Virus record (IMG/VR): IMGVR_UViG_3300032265_003789
Span: 1-64,000 of that record
Direction: 5' to 3' (one strand)
DNA from: a virus
DNA length: 64,000 bases
Below the pieces are notes generated by a model, which made no database searches, was not told where the DNA came from, and worked only from the letters and a program-made list of their open reading frames with translations. Shown in pieces: positions 29,946-40,221 of the stretch. Positions within the stretch are counted from its first letter, which is position 1. Every line of letters starts with the position of its first letter. The position numbers and the translations under genes were made by a program.

Positions 29946-32822
29946 ATGACTCAAAGTTTACTTTGGCGTTTTTCCTACGGGCAAGGCAGTAGCTCTAGCG
30001 ATCCATATCCTCCACTAATTGGCGGTCAAGTTACTTTTACGACTAACAATATACTAATTAGTTCGGCAGTTGATCAGCTTGTTTTATCCGTAGTGCAAGG
30101 CTCTGCTAACTTGGGCCCGCATCCAGAGCATCGCTCAATTACCTACAACGATTTAAGCCAAGTTGTTAGTATTACCGTTCCCTACATAACCTCCGGTAAT
30201 TATCAATACAACTTTAACTACAACGCTGATAACCGGATTGAATCAATCCATTATCAAGACCCCACAATCTCTTCTGCTATTGCGCTTTGGTCTTTTACTT
30301 ACAGCTCAACAGGTAGAGTTCTCTCAATTCTCAATGAGGGTTCAAGCTACTATAGCTATACCCCTGGTACTTTTTACGATACTGACTCAAGCTACGTTCC
30401 TTCTTACCAGATACTTGCAGCCACAGGTACAGTTGAGGGGTATAGCGTAAATCTGCCTGCGACTTTCTGGGAAACGCTTGAAAATGGGCAGTCACAAATC
30501 CTAGGTAATATTCCCCAATCTGGCTTACCAAACTTTCCCTATTGGCAGGGCAACTCTTTTGAAAACTCCAACTTAAATCGGCTTTACCCTAATACGCCTC
30601 CAGTTTATTTCGCTGGCGGTACTACAGTAGCAGGGACAGTAATCCTATTAGATAAAGGAGACGGCAAACCGCATCCTGTGGGTTTGGGTTATCAAACAGG
30701 ATATCTGCCTACTGGAGAGCCAACTAAATATCTATATTTGCTATTTGGAGATTATGCCAACAACTACTCCTACAACGGGCAAAGTTGGGATGGCGTTGTT
30801 GTAAATAGAATCAACTTTACTGACAATTTCAATCTCACTTTACAGACCAATCAATATTTTAATCCTAGGATTTTCCCCCTGATAGAATCCACTGGCATTA
30901 ATACTACTATCAGCTTTTCTAATACTATTTTGATTAACAGCTCTGGCGCTGAACAAAGGCTGATCAAATGGCAAGATCCGCTAAGGTCTTTCAACCTCAC
31001 TAGAAAGATATTAAGCTTAGCTGAACTGCTTACAATACTGGAATTTTTCAAGACTAAATTAGGCTCTGACCTTGAATTTCTCTATCAAGATAGGAGCGAT
31101 TATATAGCCAGTAATGGACAAGGCATATTGTATCCTTTGCCCGACGGCAACAGGACTGAATTTCAATTGTGCAAGCTGTATGTCGCTGGAGATTGCGCTC
31201 ATTTTAGGGCGATCTCCAGACCTGAGACGGTGGTTTCTGTGCCAGGCTACAACGTAGCTGATTGTGTGATTGATTACAATACCGGAAAGATTGTCCTGCC
31301 TAGCGCTCCTGCCGCCTCAACTAACTATTTCGCGGTGGATTTCCGCTTCTATGTTCCAGTGATTTTTGATGGGGATGAACTGGACTATACGATTGCCGGC
31401 CCAGAGGTTTATCAAATCAATAAGCTAATACTAAAAGAGATTAAGGTAATTCCTTTTATTTACCCCAGAGATAGCTTGGTAGATAGCTCAAATTCTGGGC
31501 AAAATAAAGTAGTATTTCCCAATAATTTAAACTTCATTGCTAATAATCAAATTGCCACAAATTACGATACAGAAATTGTCACTCTCAGCAGCGGTTACAA
31601 TAAGCGCACTCCCAGAATCAGCCAGAGCTGGACAAAAACCACACTAGCTCAAAGGAGCACTTTTAGCCAATTACAATTAGAAACCCTGCTAGGATTCTGG
31701 CTTGCACATAAAGGCAATGGCGCGTACTTTTACTACAACAATTTTGGTGATTCCAATAATCAATATTTGGCTAGATTTTGGTCACAAGATTTGAATTATG
31801 TCCTGCAATCTACCAATAATATCTATCAAGTTGCTCCAGTGGAATTGCGCGTTTTCACCTTTGGAAATCCGATTAAAGATGCGCCAATTCAACAGCCAAC
31901 AGATATTCTCAGCACTCCACTGTTGACCCTAGCAAGGGTCTGTAATATCACTGTTCCCTTAATCGGAACAACTGAAGTACATGGCTTTACTACTTCAGAT
32001 CGTGATATCACAATTGATGGCGTGGTATACAAGGCCTCTACTGCTTTTGACCCCAGCGCTGTACAAAAGACTGTGGATATTTCGGTAGACAATCAAGAGA
32101 TTAAAACCATTATTCACAGCGAGATAACAGAAGCAGAGCTTGCCTCTGGCAAGTTTGATGAGGCGACTATCACTGTGGCAGTTGTGGACTACACTAACCC
32201 ACCGGTTCACTTGAGTGATTGCGTGATTGAACAAGAAGGATTTGTAGGAGAGATCACCTCCACAGATACCTATTTCAAGATGGAAAATTTAACCAAAGCT
32301 GCCAGCTTGCTTAGAAAAAACGTCTCAGTCAAAACGCAATTCTCATGCAGATATAATTTTTGTGATGTGCCGGCAAGACCCGATAGCCATTGCACTTTGA
32401 ATATTAATAATTTTCAATGGGACGCGCAAGTAATCCAAGGGGTAAGCGGTTTTAATAACAGGCGCCAATTTTTTATTCATTGCGATACAGCAATTACTAC
32501 TCACGTCCTATCCTATGGCTCAATTTACTTTTATAGCGGGGCAAATATTGGGTTAGAATATGGTATTTTTGATAACTATTATGATGTTGGTTTTATTGGT
32601 TCACAAACTCAGAGTGGGTTGTTAATTCTAGTAGTAAATAACGCGCTATTTTATGACCCGGCTGTAGGTGATACGATAAGGCTTAGAGGCGGTTGTAATA
32701 AGCGATTTGAAACTTGTAAAAACCTATACAATAACTATATTAATTTTGGCGGTGAACCTGCCCAAGGGCGCTTTATGCCCACCAATGATTTTTATAATTC
32801 ATCTACTGCTTCAATGGGGTAA
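29946..32822 (+). CDS. Tail-tip protein: DUF2460-like domains fused to DUF2163/BR0599-like hub
   Basis: SGAEQR..KW..P.R.F, DGNRTEFQL.K.Y, F.FYVPV.FD; GFTTSDRDI.IDG..Y; CRYNFCD..C; GCNKRFETC...YNN..NFGGEP. Confidence 0.85.
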   Translation: MTQSLLWRFSYGQGSSSSDPYPPLIGGQVTFTTNNILISSAVDQLVLSVVQGSANLGPHPEHRSITYNDLSQVVSITVPYITSGNYQYNFNYNADNRIESIHYQDPTISSAIALWSFTYSSTGRVLSILNEGSSYYSYTPGTFYDTDSSYVPSYQILAATGTVEGYSVNLPATFWETLENGQSQILGNIPQSGLPNFPYWQGNSFENSNLNRLYPNTPPVYFAGGTTVAGTVILLDKGDGKPHPVGLGYQTGYLPTGEPTKYLYLLFGDYANNYSYNGQSWDGVVVNRINFTDNFNLTLQTNQYFNPRIFPLIESTGINTTISFSNTILINSSGAEQRLIKWQDPLRSFNLTRKILSLAELLTILEFFKTKLGSDLEFLYQDRSDYIASNGQGILYPLPDGNRTEFQLCKLYVAGDCAHFRAISRPETVVSVPGYNVADCVIDYNTGKIVLPSAPAASTNYFAVDFRFYVPVIFDGDELDYTIAGPEVYQINKLILKEIKVIPFIYPRDSLVDSSNSGQNKVVFPNNLNFIANNQIATNYDTEIVTLSSGYNKRTPRISQSWTKTTLAQRSTFSQLQLETLLGFWLAHKGNGAYFYYNNFGDSNNQYLARFWSQDLNYVLQSTNNIYQVAPVELRVFTFGNPIKDAPIQQPTDILSTPLLTLARVCNITVPLIGTTEVHGFTTSDRDITIDGVVYKASTAFDPSAVQKTVDISVDNQEIKTIIHSEITEAELASGKFDEATITVAVVDYTNPPVHLSDCVIEQEGFVGEITSTDTYFKMENLTKAASLLRKNVSVKTQFSCRYNFCDVPARPDSHCTLNINNFQWDAQVIQGVSGFNNRRQFFIHCDTAITTHVLSYGSIYFYSGANIGLEYGIFDNYYDVGFIGSQTQSGLLILVVNNALFYDPAVGDTIRLRGGCNKRFETCKNLYNNYINFGGEPAQGRFMPTNDFYNSSTASMG

Positions 32823-32824
32823 CT

Positions 32825-33235
32825 ATGGCTTTATCTATTAGTGAAATAGCCAAACAGTGGCAAGGTACACCATGGAGACATAATCAATCCGTCAAGGGCG
32901 TTGGTTGCGATTGTGTGGGCTTTTTATTGGGAGTAGGCAAAGAATACGGAGTGGTTTCTCAAGATTATCAATTAGGTAATTATCACAGAATTCCTAGGTT
33001 TAATCAGATTGCTCAAACGCTTGATTCTTTGGCTCAATTTGTGCCAGTAGAGCAATACCAACCCGAAGATATTTTGCTATTTAAAATGGGTAATATTGCC
33101 GGGCACGTAGGCTTAGCGCTTGAGAATGAAATGCTTATCCATGCGGATTTAGAATGCGGTGTCCAGATAATACCAAATACTTTTTGGGTTCCTAAAATAT
33201 ACAAAATTTATAGAATATGTCAACAGCAATTGTAA
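32825..33235 (+). CDS. NlpC/P60 family tail peptidase
   Basis: WQGTPWRH..S.KGVGCDCVG, HVGL, LIHA. Confidence 0.9.
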   Translation: MALSISEIAKQWQGTPWRHNQSVKGVGCDCVGFLLGVGKEYGVVSQDYQLGNYHRIPRFNQIAQTLDSLAQFVPVEQYQPEDILLFKMGNIAGHVGLALENEMLIHADLECGVQIIPNTFWVPKIYKIYRICQQQL

Positions 33236-36033
33236 TCCCAGTTGTTACTTCTTTGGTAGGTAATTTAATAGCTAATTTACTAACTCCAATTCAAAATAAA
33301 AACAAGCTCGACCCATTGGCTTTGAGGGCTACCGCTGAATATGGGGCGCCAATTTCCCAAGCATATGGACACGTCCGAATTGACGGACTTTCTATGTTTT
33401 GGGGGCAAAATTTAATCCAAACAATAAATGGCGGTGGCAAGGGCTTTGGCGCTAGGACAAGGGATTACAAATACTATATGACCTGCGCTTATATGATCGG
33501 TGGAGAAATTAGCGATCTCAGGTGCGTTTGGTGTAATGGCGTACAAATCTACAGCAAAGAGACTGTTCAGAAAAAATCAGCTAATTTTGTCCGACATAGT
33601 GAGGTTTTTCTAGGGACTCTAAATCAGCCCATTTCCTCTGTAATTTCCTCTGTTGAGGGTAACGCGATCCCAGCTTTTAGAGGTAGATCCTACATTACTT
33701 TTAACCGTTATCCGCTTTCGGATTTTAATGGTTCTGGCTTTCCCAAGGTGGATGTACTTGTCTACGGCAAGGGAGGAGTCAATCCCACAATTAGGTCAAT
33801 AATCCAAGATATCTTTACTAGTGCGGGATTTGATACAAACAAGCTAGATTTATCAGATGTGCCAGCGGGTCAGCAGATTGAGGGATTGCTTTTTCAGCGC
33901 ACAGGCGAAACCTACGCTGATTATTTAAACGAGATTTGTAGATTATTTTTCTTGACTCACAGGGAGGAAAATGGCGTTTTAAAACTGCTCCAGAAAAACA
34001 GACCATCTGTATCGCTCAACCTAGCTTTAAATAATCTGGGCGCTCGCAATACCCCCGGCAAATCTCCAGACCTGTTCCAAGAGAAAATTCAACACAAGCG
34101 CGAGATGCCCTCCGAGGTGCAAATCAGCTTTAGAAACCTTGGGGATAACTATAGCCAGTGGGTTGTCACAGCAAGCGATCCTCTGGCTAAATCTAAAAAT
34201 CCACTCTCGATACAGACTAGGGCTTGGGCAAATCCCACCTTTATGGAGGGACTGGCAAATCGGATTATTGGCGAGGTAGCCTCACAGCGCAATACTTTTA
34301 GCGGGATAAGCCTGCTGCCCTGCTGGTATACCAAATTGCATTTAGGCGATGTCATCGAGCTCAACATAGGGCAAAGATCAGTGCAATTACAGCTTACTAA
34401 AAAGCTACTGAGCGCTGATTATCTTTGCCAGATTGAAGGCAATCAATATCTAAGTCCTATTGAGTGTGTTACTAAAAAAATCCATGTGTGGATCGCGGTT
34501 AGAAATATTAGTTGGATTTTTGCACAATCGGGATCAAATGGCGTGGCGTTTCCTCCAGGCGGTTTGGTTTTTTACACGCGAACAGTTGAGCCATTTGTGG
34601 GGTATGTTGATAATTTGCGAATAATTAATCAAGCAGTTCAACGAGGCGACGGGGTTGCTCGTCTTGTAATTGCTCCCGGTGGGGTTGGGTTTTCAGAAAA
34701 TCCGTTGGCTTTCCCTGGAGTACCAGATATACCAGAATTTCAAAATTCTGGCCCTGTGCCTATATATGGTCTTGACGGGTTTATAGGCGATCCCACAATC
34801 TATATTGATTATCCAGATGCTGCGATGCCAACTTCTTTAGGCGGTAGCTGGGGCTACAGTTCTCCAGCTTTTGATTGGGATCGTGGGGTGATTGTTGCCA
34901 CATCACAAATAAGCGATACCGTTGCATCGGGAAGTAATGCTTCTGACACAACGGTTTATGATTTCGGAAACGACAATAACTTTTACGCCATCTCACAAGT
35001 CGTTTCCAACTACACTCCCCAAGTTGCCAAGCCATATTCTAGAGTCAGCTCTTACACTGAGGGCATTTTGCATGTATTGGATATCCCTGTATTGAAAAAT
35101 TCAGATAATCCTCTAGGGATATATTTTGCGGTTGAGAGCGTTTCCAATTTCTCCACAGGCACAGTATTTGTCTCTACCGACAATGGGCTAACCTTCAATG
35201 GTTCAAGCACGGTCAAGGGCGCAAGCGCAGTCGGTATAGTCTACAGCTCCCCAATGCAAGCTGGCCCCACTGGAATAATTGACACTAATACAAAAATTGA
35301 TATTTACGCTCAAAATTCTATATTTGAATCAGTCACAGATGCTGCGTTTCTAGCAGGGGAAAATTTAATTTTAATTGGGCAAGAGATTATAGCCTTTAGA
35401 GATGTGCTGGTTAAACCAAATAATGTTTATCAAATCTCCCATTTAATCAGAGGGGCAAAAGGCACAGAAAGATTAACAGGAACTCACGTTTCAGGAGAGA
35501 GCGCCATACTTTTAAATAACGTTACGCAATTGGCAACCAAACAGGGAGATATTGGTAAAAACGTAGAGTTTAAAATTGTGCCTTATGACCAGACTGAACC
35601 AGATATTACAGATATTGTGACAGTCAACTACAAGGCTCAATCTGCCACGCCATACAACGTTACAGGCGTCAAGCAATCCCTAGCAGACAATGGCGATGTG
35701 AGTCTGTCTTGGTATAGGAGAACATATCAAAATGGAGAGCTATTGGATTATGTTGATATTGGGTTTGCTTCTGGGGAAATCAATACTTTCAAGATTGAAA
35801 TTTGGCAAGCTTTTAACAATAATCCAGTTTTAGTTAACACTCATTTTGCCAGTGGCAGTATTTTTTTATACACACAAGATCTGCAAAATATTGACGATAA
35901 TCTGGCTAATAATCTCTATGGTGGCAATGGCGGTAGTAAGTGGTTTAGGATATCGCAGCAAAGCTCAATAGTAGGCTACGGCCCATATACGCAAGTGCCA
36001 ATTATGAATATTTATTCAGGAACAATTTACTAA
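33217..36033 (+). CDS. Tail tip attachment / host-specificity protein (GTA g15/J-like)
   Basis: YGAPISQAYG.VR, PAFRGRSY..F..YPL.DF, EIIAF...YQISHLIRGAKGTE, LSWYRR. Confidence 0.85.
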   Translation: MSTAIVIPVVTSLVGNLIANLLTPIQNKNKLDPLALRATAEYGAPISQAYGHVRIDGLSMFWGQNLIQTINGGGKGFGARTRDYKYYMTCAYMIGGEISDLRCVWCNGVQIYSKETVQKKSANFVRHSEVFLGTLNQPISSVISSVEGNAIPAFRGRSYITFNRYPLSDFNGSGFPKVDVLVYGKGGVNPTIRSIIQDIFTSAGFDTNKLDLSDVPAGQQIEGLLFQRTGETYADYLNEICRLFFLTHREENGVLKLLQKNRPSVSLNLALNNLGARNTPGKSPDLFQEKIQHKREMPSEVQISFRNLGDNYSQWVVTASDPLAKSKNPLSIQTRAWANPTFMEGLANRIIGEVASQRNTFSGISLLPCWYTKLHLGDVIELNIGQRSVQLQLTKKLLSADYLCQIEGNQYLSPIECVTKKIHVWIAVRNISWIFAQSGSNGVAFPPGGLVFYTRTVEPFVGYVDNLRIINQAVQRGDGVARLVIAPGGVGFSENPLAFPGVPDIPEFQNSGPVPIYGLDGFIGDPTIYIDYPDAAMPTSLGGSWGYSSPAFDWDRGVIVATSQISDTVASGSNASDTTVYDFGNDNNFYAISQVVSNYTPQVAKPYSRVSSYTEGILHVLDIPVLKNSDNPLGIYFAVESVSNFSTGTVFVSTDNGLTFNGSSTVKGASAVGIVYSSPMQAGPTGIIDTNTKIDIYAQNSIFESVTDAAFLAGENLILIGQEIIAFRDVLVKPNNVYQISHLIRGAKGTERLTGTHVSGESAILLNNVTQLATKQGDIGKNVEFKIVPYDQTEPDITDIVTVNYKAQSATPYNVTGVKQSLADNGDVSLSWYRRTYQNGELLDYVDIGFASGEINTFKIEIWQAFNNNPVLVNTHFASGSIFLYTQDLQNIDDNLANNLYGGNGGSKWFRISQQSSIVGYGPYTQVPIMNIYSGTIY

Positions 36034-36356
36034 TGCCCAGCTCCCACTTAGAGGATTATTTTGAGCGCAGTTGGCAAGAGCTCTATCCAGAGATTGCCCT
36101 AGAGCGCGAGGTCAAGTCAATCCCCGGCAGAAGATTTAGACTTGATTTTGCCCACACCGCATCCAAAGTAGGGATAGAGATTGAAGGGCAAATCTGGCAC
36201 AAATCGAGGCACACTAGCGGCTCTGGCTTGCTCAAATCCTACGAGAAACACAACCTCAATTTAGTTCACGGCTGGAGAGTTTTTCAATTGGCAGAGGATA
36301 TGATCTGCCCAGATTGGCTCAATTTGATTGCTGATACAATTAAAGGCGCAGATTGA
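36033..36356 (+). CDS. Vsr/DUF559-like endonuclease
   Basis: RRFRLDFA....KVGIEIEG.IW...RH, EKHN....GWRVF. Confidence 0.8.
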   Translation: MPSSHLEDYFERSWQELYPEIALEREVKSIPGRRFRLDFAHTASKVGIEIEGQIWHKSRHTSGSGLLKSYEKHNLNLVHGWRVFQLAEDMICPDWLNLIADTIKGAD

Positions 36357-36725
36357 AACCCTTACCTAGTAATGCTTACAAATTTAGTTCCCGAAAAAGA
36401 TAAACAATCCAATTCTGTGCTAAGCCATTATCAATCAGATTTAGCAAAGGCTCTGGTTGAATTGCGACAAAAAGCAATCAAGCAAGATCTGCAGCTGTGG
36501 ACAATTGAGCAGATTAACCAAGAGCTGAGCTTACGCCGTGGCACAAAATAAGCAAAAAATACTGCTTAAAAACAAAGCAGGCGAGTTAATCGAAATCGAC
36601 ATCCAACTGGCTAAATTGGCAATGGCTCAAGCCCTAAAAACACTGAACGAATCAACCAAAACCCTTGCCTAGTAATGCTTACAAATTTAGTTACCGAAAG
36701 AAATAAACAATCCGATTCTGTGCTA
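36356..36725 (+). repeat. 67-bp direct repeat (36356-36422 / 36659-36725; 62/67 identical)
   Basis: AAACCCTT(A/G)CCTAGTAATGCTTACAAATTTAGTT...TTCTGTGCTA; gives the 59-aa ORF and Cas6 near-identical N-termini. Confidence 0.9.
36372..36551 (+). CDS. 59-aa hypothetical protein sharing its N-terminus with Cas6
   Basis: MLTNLVPEKDKQSNSVL...ELSLRRGTK. A second small ORF (36538-36672, 44 aa, GTG start) follows. Confidence 0.55.
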   Translation: MLTNLVPEKDKQSNSVLSHYQSDLAKALVELRQKAIKQDLQLWTIEQINQELSLRRGTK

Positions 36726-37373
36726 GAGCAATTTCTAGAATTAGAATTTAAAGTATCAGGCTCATCCTTGCCAGCAGACAACGGATTTTCTCTATATAGT
36801 GCAATCAAGGCAATTGCTGGCGATTTACCAGAGGATATGCTGCTTTGCTCAATTCCCGGCAAATCAGATCCTCCGGGACTAATTAAGATTAACGATGGCT
36901 CAAGGCTCAGGCTAAGGGCTAAAGGGAGCGACACTGCCTATTACCAACAGGCTTTAGCAGGTAAAATTCTAAATATCAGAAATCACCAAATCAAATTAAT
37001 TAATATCAGCTTGAAGGAGATAGAGCCAAAAAGCAAGTTGCAAGCTCGAATTGTGACTTTTAAATTGCTAGGGATCTGGGACTACGGCAATCCTCCGGTT
37101 GATAGATTTTGGCACATCTGCAATAAGGCGCTAGCGACAATTGGCGTTACCGCAAGATTGGATTTTACTAGGGTTAGTTCGCTCAAGATTCACGATAGGT
37201 CCGTCTTGGAATTTGGCGTGATTGCCTCTCGATTATCCGAGCAAGACTCAATAACCTTGCAGCAAAAGGGTTTAGGGGGAAGAAAACACTTTGGATCGGG
37301 ATGGTTTTTTAAATTTTCTCAAATTAGGTATAAATACCTATTGACCCCCAACGAAAAATCGCATAAGCTATAG
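36675..37373 (+). CDS. cas6: CRISPR endoribonuclease Cas6, MYXAN/Cmx6-like
   Basis: F.VSGSSLPADNGFSLYSAI, SRLRLR, LQARIVT.K, LSEQDSITLQQKGLGGRKHFGSGWF glycine-rich loop. Confidence 0.9.
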   Translation: MLTNLVTERNKQSDSVLEQFLELEFKVSGSSLPADNGFSLYSAIKAIAGDLPEDMLLCSIPGKSDPPGLIKINDGSRLRLRAKGSDTAYYQQALAGKILNIRNHQIKLINISLKEIEPKSKLQARIVTFKLLGIWDYGNPPVDRFWHICNKALATIGVTARLDFTRVSSLKIHDRSVLEFGVIASRLSEQDSITLQQKGLGGRKHFGSGWFFKFSQIRYKYLLTPNEKSHKL

Positions 37374-37400
37374 AAAGTTAAGAAATTAATCAATTAGGAG
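37325..37400 (+). promoter_or_regulatory. Palindrome-containing promoter overlapping the cas6 3' end
   Basis: TAGGTATAAATACCTA, TTGACC-17-TAAGCT, GAAAGTTAAGAAA, AGGAG. Confidence 0.8.
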
Positions 37401-37407
37401 ATACAAA

Positions 37408-37815
37408 ATGACACTTGCTACTACTTGCCTCAACGATCCCATCGAGACCAAATCTTTTGAAGGAGTTCAATTGAGAGGATCCTCTCAATTGCATCGCTTA
37501 GCCCAAGAAATTTGCAGCTTGTTTCAAGAAGAGGAAATGCAGGAAGAAGGATTAGATCCTTCGCACAAATCTCTGTACTATATCAAATCCGTTCCTCATG
37601 GAGAATCAACTACAATCATGTTTTGCGACGTTCGCACGAAAGCTGGTGTCACAGTGCGGTTAAAGGATCTGGCTACAGAAACAATACAGCACTTTGCATT
37701 TAGCGGAGGCAAAATATGCCTAGAAGTTGACACATTGCAAGCTCATGGTTTTGGAATTGTTGAAGCTAGTCTTGTCGGTCGGGAAAAAATGTCGCTTGCT
37801 GCTCTGACTTGCTAA
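37408..37815 (+). CDS. Hypothetical protein (self-contained cassette within the cas locus)
   Basis: Own promoter and RBS; GGGGCT..AGCCCC hairpin follows. Confidence 0.75.
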   Translation: MTLATTCLNDPIETKSFEGVQLRGSSQLHRLAQEICSLFQEEEMQEEGLDPSHKSLYYIKSVPHGESTTIMFCDVRTKAGVTVRLKDLATETIQHFAFSGGKICLEVDTLQAHGFGIVEASLVGREKMSLAALTC

Positions 37816-37853
37816 AAATATTAGGGGCTTGCAATAGCCCCAACAAAAAAAAG

Positions 37854-38504
37854 TTAGTCCATCTCTGCTTGCTTATTACAAGCGACGTGTGAAATCAATT
37901 CAAAAACTCTAGTCCCTCTAATTGGTGCTAGGACTTGTTCTGCTTTCCAGAATTCAGGATTGCTGTGAAGCTTGAGCAGATTTTGTGATTTGTAGTTTCC
38001 GCTGAGTATTTCTGTCTTCGTAAGCTCCAAGCCCATTAATAATTCAAATTGCTCTAGATTTTCTGTAAATTTAGCTCGATCAATTTCCAGTAAATCCAAT
38101 TCGAAAAGCACAGGGAATCTATCTTTTTCTTGAGCTTCTTGAGCTAGAAATAGGATATGCTTTTGCCCACTTTCAGCTATAGCAATTGTAAAAGGTGGCT
38201 CAGGTGGATTTATAAGCCACTGCCTGATTAGCGATCTATTGGGCAAAGTATGCACGCGATCACCTTCAAAAATTGGATAGGATTGCTGGTTGGAAAGCAG
38301 CCAGCTAAATGTGCGAGAAAATAAAAGCCCTTCCTTTTTTGTATTGGGATTGTAATACTTGACGCGCATGGGAATCACCCAAGCGCACCTATCGCACCAA
38401 AGCTTAGATTCTGGTACTTTGGCTCTAGAGTGAGCTGTAAAGGTATCTTTTAAACTTAGTGATTTAGTGGCTCCTTGAGCTCCACACAAATAACAGAAAT
38501 TCAT
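37854..38504 (-). CDS. csf1: Type IV CRISPR large subunit Csf1 (Cas8-like)
   Basis: CYLCG...CDRC zinc motif, LINPPEPPF.IAIAESGQKH; start at MNFCYL. Confidence 0.85.
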   Translation of the reverse strand: MNFCYLCGAQGATKSLSLKDTFTAHSRAKVPESKLWCDRCAWVIPMRVKYYNPNTKKEGLLFSRTFSWLLSNQQSYPIFEGDRVHTLPNRSLIRQWLINPPEPPFTIAIAESGQKHILFLAQEAQEKDRFPVLFELDLLEIDRAKFTENLEQFELLMGLELTKTEILSGNYKSQNLLKLHSNPEFWKAEQVLAPIRGTRVFELISHVACNKQAEMD

Positions 38505-38555
38505 ATTTTTAGTAATTGGTATATTGATATAAATCAATCAAACCATACTAGTAAT

Positions 38556-39071
38556 ATGCTTGGATTTGCTACAGACGATAGGATTACTTCACTAGCTGCT
38601 GCTTTAAGCTATTGGGTTTTTAGGTGCCGAGATACCAGTTCAGCAGCAAACGGGCTAAAAACCTGGGAGTACATGCAGTCTTCTATACAAAACGCTGCCA
38701 CACCTTCAAGAAGCCTTAGTGACTATTTAGTGAATCTTTCGCTCAAGCTTTCAGTCCCTACGCTCAAGCCCAATATCTGGCGCCAGATAGTTCAACCTAA
38801 TCAGGTTGTCCTAAGAGCTGCTATTTCAGAAGATGGCAGCTTGGGTGATTTGCAACAATTCAACAAAGATCAAGCTTTAGCCTATCAAGATTGGGAGCAA
38901 TTGATTCACCAATGGCGCATTGAGTACGGAATTACTGAAAGGCACGTTCTGAGGGTTTGCTTAAATAGACCTCAACTAGTAACTCTATACGTGAGGCTCA
39001 AGCACGAAGAAGAAAAGCTTAATTGGCAAAACAATACACAAGAAAATAAAGGAGACACTATCGATGTTTAG
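38556..39071 (+). CDS. cas11: Type IV-B small subunit (Cas11-like)
   Basis: Helical protein (W.Y.QSSIQNAA..SRSL.DYL..L..KL) immediately upstream of csf2, as in subtype IV-B. Confidence 0.6.
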   Translation: MLGFATDDRITSLAAALSYWVFRCRDTSSAANGLKTWEYMQSSIQNAATPSRSLSDYLVNLSLKLSVPTLKPNIWRQIVQPNQVVLRAAISEDGSLGDLQQFNKDQALAYQDWEQLIHQWRIEYGITERHVLRVCLNRPQLVTLYVRLKHEEEKLNWQNNTQENKGDTIDV

Positions 39072-40221
39072 TACTTACAATCCAGACAAACGCCATCGCA
39101 TTACTTTTCACCTTGTATTAGAAACTCTAGCTCCTTTGAGCCATATTGGGGAGACCGTGGGCAATCAAGCCAATTTGCGGACAGTAACCCTGACTGATAT
39201 TGAAGGTGAACCTACTCCTATATTCTGCCTATCCGGGAATTCATTGAGAAATAGAATATTGCGCAGAGTAGGGATTGACGATATGCTCTCTCGCCTAAAA
39301 ATCACAGTAAATCCACTTTTGCATCATGCACTTTTTTGTGGGGGCGCTCTTGATGGAGGCACTTCTAATAATCTTGAATTAGATAAAAAAATTAGGCAAT
39401 TCTTACCACCAATTTCTTTATTGGGCACAGCTAAACCTAAAGGGGTTTTTGGTGCTACTGATGCCCAAATGATTGGCGGTAGGCTCAATGTGGGTGATGC
39501 CGCGCTGGTCTGCTACGAAAGCGCATTAGCAATTTTTAATACTTTTAAGCCGGCTTTACCAGTTGAAGTAATTGAAGCTTTAACTCAAATTGAAAACGCC
39601 AAAAGGACTTTAGAAGCAGAACGAGTGCAGGCTTTTTTATCTGGCAAAGAATCTACTAATACAGGTTTAGATTACAAGGAAACCTTGAAGTATTGGCTGC
39701 CTTTTTTAGAGCAAAAGCTCAGACCCTACCCACACTGGCTTACCTATATACAAAAAACCAGACGCGATTCTCACCATGATCCCAATTTGGTAAAGCACCT
39801 TTTACCAGCAGCCGGCAAAGTTCAACAAACGCTTTTTGATTCTGGAGAAACTAAAAAGGAAAAACCCAAGAGTAATCAGATGATCATGGGTTCATGGTTA
39901 ATACAACAAGGCGCAACCTTGTATTCTCGGTGGGACGGATATATCACAGATGTCGAGGAAGGTTTTATTGCTCGGGCTATATTGGCTTGGGCAGATTCTC
40001 CTTACGTCGGTGGGCAAGCTAATACAGGCTGTGGTAAGGTTGCAGCTAAAATCTATTATTCCAGTGAGGGGGAAATAGGGGACTGGATGCTGGTACAAGA
40101 AGGCAAACATACCTTGACTGAGCGCTCAGCCAAACAACAGGCAAGATACGATCAATACCTTCACGAATACGAACAATATTTAGAACAAAATTCAAACGAA
40201 ATTGCAGGTATACTAGGATGA
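39064..40221 (+). CDS. csf2: Type IV backbone Csf2 (Cas7-like)
   Basis: TLAPLSH, P...SGNSLRNRILR, LFCGGAL, PPISLLG, MI.GRLNVG, VGGQ...GCG. Confidence 0.9.
   Translation: MFSTYNPDKRHRITFHLVLETLAPLSHIGETVGNQANLRTVTLTDIEGEPTPIFCLSGNSLRNRILRRVGIDDMLSRLKITVNPLLHHALFCGGALDGGTSNNLELDKKIRQFLPPISLLGTAKPKGVFGATDAQMIGGRLNVGDAALVCYESALAIFNTFKPALPVEVIEALTQIENAKRTLEAERVQAFLSGKESTNTGLDYKETLKYWLPFLEQKLRPYPHWLTYIQKTRRDSHHDPNLVKHLLPAAGKVQQTLFDSGETKKEKPKSNQMIMGSWLIQQGATLYSRWDGYITDVEEGFIARAILAWADSPYVGGQANTGCGKVAAKIYYSSEGEIGDWMLVQEGKHTLTERSAKQQARYDQYLHEYEQYLEQNSNEIAGILG

Noticed and set aside
36350-36725. ATTGAAAC plus 67-bp repeats before cas6 as a mini-array
   Set aside because: Only two copies, 236 bp apart, both encoding ORF starts; ATTGAAAC occurs in just one.
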